From assembly GCA_030167865.1 (NCBI GenBank), contig JALAGF010004934.1:1-37146 (forward strand): DNA of 37,146 nucleotides, read 5' to 3'. Each line of letters opens with the position of its first letter. Within the stretch, counting starts at the first letter, position 1. This document shows, piece after piece, positions 19,700 to 30,774 of the stretch. The notes beneath the pieces were generated by a model. That model was not told the origin of the DNA, made no database searches, and saw nothing but the letters and a program-made list of their open reading frames with translations. Made by a program: the position numbers and the translations under genes. The DNA comes from Craspedostauros australis (lineage: Eukaryota).

Positions 19700-21918
19700 T
19701 AGAGCGCCACATGGCACAGCATGGATGGCAATAGCAATGCAACAGCAACAGTAGAGACAGCGCAACTGCGCCATACATATAATAGCTATCCCAATACAAG
19801 CACAAGCGATATTGGTACCGTACCATAAACTACATAATTACATGACATCCCTACACCACATCATCCAGCGGAGTCGTTGTCTGCGATCATCCAATCCCAC
19901 ACTTGAAAGTGCACAACCTTGAACTCTGCTCAGCTCAAGATCACATCGCTTGAACATTGATCGCCACCTGTGTCTCGTAACAGCGTCCGCATGTGCAGGA
20001 GCAAGCGCAGGGAACAGCATCCTTCACACAGCGACCAGCTCAGAATGCAAACATCACCAAAGAGAGAGAGAGAAAGACACGAACAGGAAGGCCAAAGAGA
20101 GAAAAACGGAGTCGAATTGCGCCAACTTTCGAGTGAAGTTGCACCCACAGTCGCGATCACGACCTCAACCTGTCTGCTCCACAGACTTCCGCTCAGATCC
20201 CACAATCTGAAAATACAAGGTCCACGAAAGGGCATTTAGAGCACATCGCTTCCGTCGTTGGAGCAAGGAACCCCTTGTCATAGTTGCGGATACGACTATT
20301 GTGGAATGAGTCGGTATAAACGAGGTACAGTGGAGTAGATAATGGTATGGTGGGAGTGTGCAAGCACAGCGTCCTACCACGCCATACAGCGCCATGAGGG
20401 CTATGCGTTCTCCTTCGCACACGAGCTATGTGCGTGCGACCTACTCTGTTATTCCAACAGAGCGTGAGAACAAAGAGGACTTCCATGCGTTTTTAGACAA
20501 CCACACGAACTCGTGCTGCCGCGTGTCAAACGGAATCCCGTCCTCCTTCCCTTGCTTCCCGAACCAAGGGGGAGCACGTTTTTGCGTGTGACAAGATTCA
20601 GGTTGTCTCGTGTAAGACAACCGTCACCAACAACATGTCGTTTCGCCACATGAAGTTTCGCCGCGGGGCTATGTATTCATTCGTGTCCACACACACGAAT
20701 ATGCAAGCTCCAGATGCAATTGCAGTTGACGGACATTCTTCCAGCATTGGCAACTGCATTTGCAACAGGAAGGTTGATCGAGGTGTTCTCCTTCTGCAAA
20801 CTTCGCTGACGTCCTCCAACTTCACCACAATTTCCAACCAATCGGCTTCCCTTTCGTGACAACAATCGGAGGTTGCCATCCGGAGGCAATCAACAATCCC
20901 TTTGTTGGTTCCTTCACAAGCCTTCCTCTTGACACATGCAAACAAACAAGGAGGCACACACGTCCTCACATGGACCATCCACTTGAACTCTTTTCCGTCC
21001 AGAGATACTCTTCACTACCAATGCTCGACATGGAGCGCATCAACTGCACGCGTATCGACTGTATCAACTGTATCAACTGCACCATCTCCATCAGCGCTAA
21101 CTGCGAATCATCGACCAAGGAGAGAGCGTCACTTGGATGTTTGTTTCCTTTAACCTTCACCAACAGCGGCAACGGCACCGGCAACGGTACCAGCTGCGGC
21201 ACCAACCACATCACCAACGCCAATGCAAAGGAACAACAAAACAACAACAGCGCTTCCTTCCGCTGCTCCTTCCAGTCGCCCTTCACTCGATGTCTTCACG
21301 CACAATCGCAGACAGATTCTCTCCACGGCGAAACCGCACATAATCGGAGGACGTCCGTCTTCACTCTCGCCACAAAGCAAGCAGGAAGCAATCAAGGAAG
21401 AAGCAAAGCAGCACAAACAGGCAACACAAGACAAACAAACGGCAAGGACACCTTCTCACAAAAAAGCTGACTTGGGTTGCCAATCATCCGTGTACTCATA
21501 CTACCCACAAAGTAGAGTCCTCCACTCTCATAGCTCATACTCAGCATCTCACTCATCTTAATCTCTCCCAGAAGCTGGGTTGGTTGCGCACGAACACGAT
21601 CTGATTGAAGCGGGTCGTCACCCTGATCCGAAGAGGAAGATCTTCGCCCGTCCATCGTTGGTGATTCCACTCTTTTCTCATTCGAGAGCACTGATTCTGC
21701 CATAGTCATCCGCCCTCTTGACACCATTTCCGGAAGCAGTTTCACACCTGGCAACGGCCATCTGTTCGCGCTCTCCGGCCCAATCCACCTTCCTTCCGCC
21801 ATAATTCCCTCAGAGAGTCCAACAGCACTGTACTATACGGCACTATACTCTTTAACACCATCTACGCTCTGCAATCTCAGAACTTCACAGTCCCCCCTCT
21901 GCCAGTTGACACTTCGTC

Positions 21919-22932
21919 ATGACACACCATCACGCTAACACGCAGTCTTGCACAGCAGCGCCATCACCACCTGCTAACATTCACGAGCATTCCTTCGGCG
22001 ATGGCCTTGCCGGTGTCAAGCAAAATGAGCCGGATGGGAACCACGGTAATCTCCACATCAGAAACGACAACAACAACGAGGGTCACCATGGTGGCCGTTA
22101 CAAACAACAGCACAACTTGAGAATTGACAAGAACGCTTGCGCCGACGATTCCGCAAACGTTGGTGCCAACCTCTTGCTGAGCTTATTTCATCACACTCCG
22201 CCTGCATCCTCACGTGAGGTCACATCTCACAAACAGGTTGCCACCTCCATGTTCTCACTTGCACTTGGAGTGCCATCCATGGACTGTTCCTCTTCGACAT
22301 CGACATCCTCAACAATGCCCACCGACGAATCGCCAATGAGACGACCATCGCAGCCGACGCGGTTTGACCACCACCATCATAGCAATGATGATGACAGCCA
22401 GCCCCGTGCTATGGAGCAGCAGCAACAGCAACCAGAACAAGATCGCCCTCAGCAAAAGCGACGGCGTCCTCGCCAGCAGCAGCAACAACAACAGCAGCGG
22501 CAACAGGCTCATAATCATGCTCATGTTGCGAATCACGCTGCACGCCGACCACAGAGCATCGCTGCCACCGTCTCCGATGATGAAGATGACCATCCACACG
22601 GCCACAAGCGACAGTGCCGCCACTACGGTACTTCCAGCATCAACGCAAGCTCCGTGTTGGTGTCTCCCCGTCTGCCGACACGTCCTGCCAAATCATCGTC
22701 TGCGTGCAGTATCGGCATCATGCATCGCATCTACCGACCTCAATCGGAAAAGGGCTCTCAGCAACACGGCGATGACGAACAGACAACATATTCCTATGAT
22801 GCTATCGTGACCAACAGCGCTACGGCGCGGTCCGTCCTGTCCATCGCAGCTCAGGGACGGCCGTTGGCACCACCGCCAAGGTTGCCGCATCTACAGGGAT
22901 TCGACGTTGCCACGGATTCGCACTCAACGTAA
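21919..22932 (+). CDS. Hypothetical disordered Q/H/S-rich protein, paralog B of the VSDDE / Pro-box family
   Basis: 337-aa ORF containing VGANLLLSLF, QKRRRPR, ATVSDDEDD and C-terminal QGRPLAPPPRLPHLQG. Confidence 0.75.
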   Translation: MTHHHANTQSCTAAPSPPANIHEHSFGDGLAGVKQNEPDGNHGNLHIRNDNNNEGHHGGRYKQQHNLRIDKNACADDSANVGANLLLSLFHHTPPASSREVTSHKQVATSMFSLALGVPSMDCSSSTSTSSTMPTDESPMRRPSQPTRFDHHHHSNDDDSQPRAMEQQQQQPEQDRPQQKRRRPRQQQQQQQQRQQAHNHAHVANHAARRPQSIAATVSDDEDDHPHGHKRQCRHYGTSSINASSVLVSPRLPTRPAKSSSACSIGIMHRIYRPQSEKGSQQHGDDEQTTYSYDAIVTNSATARSVLSIAAQGRPLAPPPRLPHLQGFDVATDSHST

Positions 22933-25900
22933 AGAGCCTAATACTCGAGAGCATTGCGATAGAACAATGTACGAGCCTACGAATTCAAGTGTAGCGTGTT
23001 GAGTGTACAGTGGTGTCATTGCACACAGATTCGAGTTGAACTGAGTTTAGCTAAAACTAGAACTGGAGTGGGACTTTCGCGGGCATGAGCGAGCGCAGAA
23101 GATGGAATAGGAACAGATGGACGCAGCCACCGTTGAGATCATGAGTTGCAGGACACAAGGCTCACTTTGCTCTCCCTTGTGAAATCGTATTCGTGGGGTG
23201 CATCGTTGTGGTTGCAAACCTGCAAGCAACTGGTTTTACGCCTTGCACACGAGAAGAGGAAGCAAACACATGCCACACCTCCGTTGTCTGTATTTTCGTG
23301 ATGGCTTTTAGATTCCGCAAACTGCCGAGTGTGTGGGAATACTACGTCGATGAGGGTAGGCGATATAGCGCTTGTGATGGAAGGTCACAATGACCTTTGG
23401 TGGCTGGACGCGACGATTTGCTGGTTTTGGAGATCGCGAGACACACGCAACTTCGCGTGTTTGGCACGCTTGTGACCGATGTCGGACCAACGTTCGGAAG
23501 TTGTGAACACATTCCAGCATCCGGCAGACGAAAGGTTCGCATTGCGGCGATGGCTATGACGTCATGGGCGTCATCCCATTGACAATTTGCATTGTTCGTC
23601 GCGAGGAGCGTGGGCGCGGCAGTTGAGTGTTAGCACCATCGCCGCCACCATCACAAGCACCACAACCATCACCCCGTGATTGGCGCATGCTATTACTCTT
23701 ATCATAGTCGTAATAGCGCGAGAAGAGGATTGGAAGCCGAGGAGGAGACAGAGGAATGGCAGCGCATCCCTGAGATGGAGCGTCACATCGGAGGGCAGCC
23801 GTGCTTCATCATGAGCAGGACCCGCGCCAGGGTCGCCATGTTGAAAGAATTGGAGCACGTGAGGAAGGAAGGCCAGGCAAGGGAGCCAGGTGAGTTGTTT
23901 GTATTTGTTTCTGGAACGACCTTCGAATCTTGATCCTTCACACTGGGCGCTTCGTGTCCGTGTGAAGAACCCATGCCATCCACTCATGTGTTCGTGTTTT
24001 TGAACCGCACATGAGCAGATGAATCTCGGATGTGGTGCTCTGCATGAAATGCAAATGCAAGACTTCCCGATCTCGCCACGGAACAGTCCGCCGAACTGAG
24101 GAGGTCATGCATGGGAGCAGAGCAGAGGAAGATGCACTTCACATGGACTGAACGCATGCATGGCGGGGTGGTGTTCTCCGCTTTTCTGTTCTGGAAGTTT
24201 GGTCTGAGTTTGGCACAACAGACTGTTCTGCTCTGCTCTTCTATGATGTTACTCCACTCTATTCGTATTCGTGCAAACAGAGGCAAAATGGAGGACGCAA
24301 TGTTCGTTGGTGACAGGAAGGAGAAAGGAAGAAGGACTTTCCATGAGAAGCACAAGGAGAGAATGACCGAGAAGTGGTACACAGCGCTTGCCCACAGCAG
24401 TGTCGCAACTGCACGAGCATGTACGTACGTACTCGTACAATGCTCGTCACCAACCAAGTGTGGAAGGGATGGTGTTGCAAATACGCGGAGCATTGCATTT
24501 CCAGAAGCGCCACGGGTGAGCACAGAAAGACGGAACCATACGTGTACGCAACTCATGGTCAGCAAGGTCAACAGTGAATAGGAAAATTCAACTGCAATGT
24601 CTACTATGGGGAGGGGACCTTGAGGATTTTGGCGCTGCGGAATGCATCATGGACGCCAATTGCGGGACGAGAAGAACAGGCACCGGACACAACTTTTCGG
24701 CCATCTTGGCTCGTTCGTTCCTGCTTCCGCTGCCTGGGGTGACATGACAACTTCTGCGTTCTGAGGCGATGTTGGTCATCATGTTACTTGTCCGCGATTG
24801 GTAGTTGGTGGTTGGCAACATTCGGTGATTATTACCATGGGCTGGGAATACATCACAACGATACGGCCACAGGACTCGCCGCAACAAGGGCCCCTTCCCC
24901 TCATGGGCGCCGAAGTGTCAACACAGTACGTACATCTAGTTTATTCAAAGCAATCGTACCTGAACCAACACGGCACGAGCATGTACGATCTGGGGCTGCG
25001 AATTCCATGCGAGTATGACCAAGTTCTGAATGCCTCCGAGAGGGATTGGACACACGCCTCACCCTTTGACGTTCTCGTGCCAAGGACCAAGCGGAAAAGA
25101 AGAAAGCAGGTGATGGGGGGTGACTGAGAATGATGTGAAGTGATGGAAACCGATGGAGGAAAATCAAGAGAGCGAAAGTGTGTTGTTTGTTGGTCTGGCC
25201 GAGATGACGTCACGTTCTTCGTCTACCCATAATCGGTTCTCCCTCTTCCTGCCAAAATGACCTGGAGAAGTTCGTCGTTTTCGTGGCGCTGCCGAAGCAA
25301 GACCAGAAATTGTGCATGGATGAACGTGACGGGAGCATGCTTCGCACGATCCTCGTTGTTACATAGACAGCGGTCACAAAGGTCAGACCCAAATGTGGGC
25401 AGATTCGGTTGAGGCAAGATGCCCACGAACTTGTCATCACCAATCGCCAGGCTCGCACACTTAAAGTAGCATGTGATGTGTAACACAAGTGGCACAGATA
25501 ACACTGAAAACGCGCAGAAGGTGAAGAACAAGATCGCCAGACCTGCTCTTTTTGTCTTTCGTGAGTTGGGAATCTCGTTGATTCGGATTGATGAACCGCA
25601 TTGGACGAACAAACTTCTGCCGGACGTTCTCCATGTGCCGAACGTTGATTGGGAAGCGAGCTCCCCACTCACAAGTTCCGTCACACAATCACGGTTTGCC
25701 TCCGCCGGCCGGACTGAACTTAATAGCAATGACCCATGGACAAGAATCGAATGACCTATATCGACTATAAAGTGCTATTTCTACATATTCGCCACATCAA
25801 GCCATGCTTCTGTGAGCGACGAGTTGTGTGTCGCTGTCGACAAAGTGCTATCCCAAAGGGTTTTTGTATCGAACGGAAGCGACAAAGCGGTATTGAAGAT

Positions 25901-26460
25901 CATGCCTTCTGCCGGTGTCGTCTCTGTCACGCGGAAACGCGTCACGAATTTGTGGATGATGTCTATGTGTTGGTATCTGCCAGCACGGGTTTGTGCTTGT
26001 CTTGATGACGGTCATCTTTCTGGTCCCAGGCTCCCCCAATACGGAACTTGGACCACCGAAGACCGACATCATCACTGCAGAAGATCATCCGCAGAAAGCA
26101 GACTTCAACAATTACAACAGAAGCAAAGAGCTCCGTGTCCCAAGGAGAGCGAGTACCATCACTGCACAATCTCGTCTCCGACTGTCACGAATCCGTGGAG
26201 AGATTCCTCCATCTGCTTCTGATTCTGCTGCGACTCCTCCTCCTGCTACTCCTGTCGTTGCTCCTGCTGATGTTTCATTTTCCTTTGGCTGGTCCATTCC
26301 TATCAGCGCGGTCCACACTCTCAGTTCTCACAATCCAAGCTTCGGGGACAAGTGCAAGGCACAACCGCAACCACAACATCACTTCTCGGTCAGAAACGAT
26401 CACAACTAAACATCAGCCAACCAGCACATCAATACCAAATCACAAGGCACAACTTCATTC

Positions 26461-27270
26461 ATGATGATCTCCCCGCCTACCACCACCTCGTCTCCAGACA
26501 CCGTTGGATCGATGGTCAAGACCACCTCATCCAGCCATTCCCACAGCGCACAGCCAGTGAAGACGGGTTCGCGAAAGGCCGATGCTGCGACGCCTCCTGG
26601 TCCAGTTGCCTTTCTCCATCTCCGCCCCTGTGCTACCAGCCGTCCGCTGTTGACACCACCGCCGTTGGCAACCCCCATGCGATGGCATGCCAACACCAGC
26701 GAAGATGATCGGGACACCTTCTTCCAGGGCGATGCACACGTACATACGCATGCGCACTCATTCGTGACGATCGACAACTCCCGCAATGGAGCCAGCGTCG
26801 GTTCGCTGTCCCCCATTCCACATCACACCGCTTCTCTTTGCAGCACACAAGGAGCGACTAAGATGACGGCAACAGCGGCAACTATCATGCCCTCGCTGGT
26901 CGGATCGTCCCCCATCTCTTCGTCCTCTTCAGCTTCAGCAGCGTCATCGACTGCATCGCCCGCGGCCACCGCGGTCTCCGATGATGATGACAATCACACC
27001 AGCGATGGCAAGGCGGCAGTCAAAGCCAAAATCACAGGAGCAGCATCCAAGCGTCTCCGCAGCCTCACCCGCAAGGCCATCACGCGTCCTTCCATGATCG
27101 CCTGCAGAATCTACCCTAAGCAGCGCCGTCCCATCCGTGCTGCGGCCGGCAGATACGCACTGCGCTCCCCACCTCCTGTGGCCGTCGTCATGATTCCATG
27201 TGCGCTGCCGCCCGCACCGGCTCTGCCATGCCTCAGACCCGGCGAGATCATTCCACGCAAGCGATCCTGA
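26461..27270 (+). CDS. Hypothetical disordered Ser/Ala-rich protein, paralog C of the VSDDE / Pro-box family
   Basis: 269-aa ORF containing TAVSDDDDN, a basic tract, and C-terminal PCALPPAPALPCLRPGEIIPRKRS. Confidence 0.7.
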   Translation: MMISPPTTTSSPDTVGSMVKTTSSSHSHSAQPVKTGSRKADAATPPGPVAFLHLRPCATSRPLLTPPPLATPMRWHANTSEDDRDTFFQGDAHVHTHAHSFVTIDNSRNGASVGSLSPIPHHTASLCSTQGATKMTATAATIMPSLVGSSPISSSSSASAASSTASPAATAVSDDDDNHTSDGKAAVKAKITGAASKRLRSLTRKAITRPSMIACRIYPKQRRPIRAAAGRYALRSPPPVAVVMIPCALPPAPALPCLRPGEIIPRKRS

Positions 27271-28186
27271 CTTCAGGGTCCGCTCCAATTTTCATTGTTC
27301 CCAACAGCTACGACTACTACTACTACTCTACTATACACAACAATCGGGGCGCATCGCATCTCCACATTTTGAACGATGGTGAAGCATGGTGTGCACGCAT
27401 GCACGTATGGACTGCAACGCAGTACCATTACATATGATGGACAAGCAGGAGCTGCCATCACATCATATTACATTTTTTCGCAACACAATTACAACAACTA
27501 TCATTAGCAATAACGCACCATAGGAATACAAATAGTATCCAAAACACAACAACAGCAACCAATGCAACTACCAATACAATGTCATGCAACCATATGATGT
27601 ATTATACTTGTGCAACAGCGCGTCCCATGCATCTCCTCGCCCCCATGATGCCTGGTCGATACGGGCGCTCTACGAGTTACTGGTACTGTACGACATTATG
27701 CTTCGATTGGTCATGGTGTCCCCACTCCATTGTTGCCGAACCTAACTGAACGGATACGATCGATCCTTTCTTCCGTGCACCGGAGCGGAAGCGATAACCG
27801 GAAGGGTATTCACGGGTGGAATGGGGAGGCATTGTGGCTTGCTCTCAAGTAGCTCGCAGAGTACTCTCCATTTGATTCTTCACAACAGCTGCAACAGGGA
27901 GACTGGCCAAGTAACCGCCCTACCTTTTACCGCTCTACAGTAGTTCTCTCTCCTTCTCTCTCTCTCTGGAAAGTACACATGTTGCAGACACGCATCGCAT
28001 TCCGTGGACTGCGTTTGGTTCGGTAGCTTTTCACACTTTGTGCACTCCCAAAGAGACTCGTGTGGCATTCGAAGAGCGTGGTACTAGTATGACATTCGGT
28101 AGAACGTCATCGTTGCGACCATCCACTCCATTCGTTCAAGCACGGGTCTGTCTGCTCTTTTGGCATTCGCCAGTTGCGGCTGTGCT

Positions 28187-29917
28187 CTACTCAATCTCCC
28201 AATCCGGACGCGCATCCCCCGCGAATGGTTGCTTCGATGCTCCATTCGCCTGCTGCTGCTGCTGCGAATTTGTGCCGGTAGAAGGTTCCACCGCAGGTTC
28301 CGGTTGCATCCATTTGCTGCCCCACGGTTGCTGGGTGCGCGGATCCATGTCATCCTCACCATCCCACGGCAAACCAGAACCGCCAGGCGTCAAGGCGAGC
28401 AGCGCTTCTCGAACGGCATAATAGGCAGGCTTCCGCGCGTAACTCGCATCCAGCAGCAGCGGCGTATCGCCCGTCCTGTAGAACCACGGCACCCAGGAAT
28501 GCTTATCCGACACGCCCCACACCCAAATGCCGTCAAACGCCGGTTCCGTCAAGGCCGCCGCAAGGATGTCACGATAGATCTCGATCTGCGCGAGGCTCCT
28601 GAGATGCCGCGGCAACCCCATGACGCGCACATCCATCTCGGAGATATTGACGCTGAGTCCCAGATGCCCCAACCGGCGAATCTGATTCTTCACCATGCGC
28701 GGTGTGGGGGGACGTTTGTTGCCCGTCCCGGCCGCGTTGAAATGGGCCTGCATGCCGCAGCCATGCACGGGGCAGCCGTTGCGCTTGAGATCGGCCAGGA
28801 GGCGGTAGAAGCCGTCGGCCTTGCGCTTGTTGGGCCCGTCCATGCCTTCGACCTTGTTGTCATTGTACAGCAGGATGGCGGTGGGATCGGCCTCGTGCGC
28901 CCAACGGAAGCATCGTTCGATGTAGTCCGCTCCCAGCTTGCGGTGGAAGATGGTGTCTGCCAGTTCGCCCTGTGGATCCAGCGCTTCGTTGACGACGTCC
29001 CAAGTTTGGATGCGGCCGCGGAAGTGTCCCATCGTCGTGAATATGTGCCGCCGCACCATCTCGGCCACGTGGTCATCCGACATGCGCTCCAGTATTTGGA
29101 TGGGGGATGTCTGATGCCACACGAGCACATGTCCCTTGACCTTGATGCCGTTGCGTATCGCCCAGTCGACCATGACATCGCAATGGTGGAAGTCGTAGCG
29201 TCCCAGCCGACTGCAGACGAGGTTGTTTGTCAGCGGTCCTGGTTCTGATACCTGCGGTGATGGAAATGGGTCGTGCGACGTGGGACGTGCGACAATGGTG
29301 GAAAGTGATGCACAAGGGCAGAAGTTTGGTGTTGGTTTGGCACGATGTGAAGATCAGGTGCACGGGACGAGTCGCAGGCAGCGGTGTGAGAAGCAGCGCT
29401 GTTGCATTGCAAGCAAGCTCCCTGTCTCCAGGGGGGAGAGAACACAAACGAAGCGAACATATATAGTAGAATATAGTATAGTTTTGTGCAGTATAATGTA
29501 GCAGTATCGTAGCCCGACGAAAGCGAGAAACGCAGTTGGAAAGGCACTCACACAGAGAGGCGACCACTTGAGATGATGCTCCAGCACTATGCAGTTGAAT
29601 TCCCGCTGGACGGCCTGTGCGCACAGCGTTGGCGGTGTTGCCGCATCCTGGGCCATAGCGTAGATCTCATCGCTGGGTGGCTCCTCCCTCGATCCTCGGT
29701 TCTCATCGTTGACCTCTATCGGTGGCGGTTCATCTTGGTTGCTACTGCCATCGCCATCCACACAAGGATCAAAGAGCAGCTTCGGCAGAACGGCCGCTCC
29801 GACGTCGATGTGCCTGTGCGCCTGCAGCACGACCTCCTTCAGCGATCTTGTGTCTTTCGGAGCATCCGAAGTGACAACTGCCTCTTGGTGATGGCCTTCA
29901 GCAGCGTTGCTGCTCAT
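28187..29917 (-). CDS. Glycoside hydrolase family 10 (endo-1,4-beta-xylanase-like); two exons 29917-29552 and 29251-28187, 476 aa
   Basis: Motifs: EFNCIVLEHHLKW (exon 1), VKGHVLVWHQ, WDVVNEA (acid/base Glu), LLYNDN, HGCGMQAHF, ISEMDV (nucleophile Glu), VWGVSDKHSW and KPAYY. A phase-0 intron joins KWSPLC|VSEPGP...GRYDFHHCDVMVDWA. Confidence 0.93.
29252..29551 (-). other. Spliceosomal intron (300 nt) in the GH10 gene
   Basis: GTGAGT donor at 29551 and CCGCAG acceptor ending at 29252; removal restores the GH10 frame. Confidence 0.88.
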
Positions 29918-30774
29918 CTTGACACGGCAATGGTGATGCTCTCGCAAGTGACTATTATTTGTATCACACACCCACGCGTACGGATGCAGTTAATGGATGC
30001 AGTTAATGGATGCAGACAATGGCAATAGATGAGGCAGGCAACCTTGATCATGTGGTAGAGTATAGCAGCTTGGAGCCCCACGACCATGCACATCCAAACG
30101 AAGGATACCAACCGCGATCTTTCTCGTGCGCTTTCTTGGTCGTTCGTCAAAAGAATGGGTTCTGTCCGTGTTTGGGACTTTGTCATTGTCGGATCAATCA
30201 CGAAGGTGTGTCACTCGACTCATGCGAATAACTCCAGCGATGACTGAATCTTCGGAGGAACAAGGCGAGAAAAGAGCACAAGAACATGAAACACGCGTTG
30301 GTGATGCGGTTTGCAAAAATGACGGAGAAGATGGTGGCGGCTTTCGCGTTCGTGATCGTGTTGTTGTTGGTGTTGGTCGTGGCAACAGTGATGACGGTGA
30401 TGACGGTGATGCCGATGTTGTTCGTGTAACGTGGAGGAATGATCGGAAGGAAGAAGGCGACCACGATTGCTCCCGCCACAGTCCGCGCTCACGCTCATGA
30501 TCCTGCATCACGAACGACCAGTCTTCTTTGAAGCCGTGACGAGCGCCTCCAGATCATTGACCATCATCGGCAGTCCCATTTTTAGTTGCTCTCTCACTTG
30601 CATCACCGACTATTATCATATTATAACAGAATAGAATAGAAGAGAGGAGCAAACGAAGGACATCTCAACACTGAACTCTCTCGGAGGCATATCTCATCCA
30701 CTCATCTCATCCACATATCTCATCTGCACATCTCATCTGTACATCTCATCCACAAGCCGACACAAACAGACACC

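Noticed and set aside
20807-20812. Single TGACGT hexamer upstream of paralog B as an aureochrome site
   Set aside because: A 6-mer is expected about every 2 kb on two strands, so it is uninformative alone.
20856-21470. 204-aa ORF upstream of paralog B
   Set aside because: GTG start, CA-rich low-complexity sequence with few stops, and none of the family motifs.
30126-30511. Short ORFs on both strands between GH10 and DGAT2
   Set aside because: Low-complexity GAT/GGT/GTT triplet runs with no recognisable motifs.
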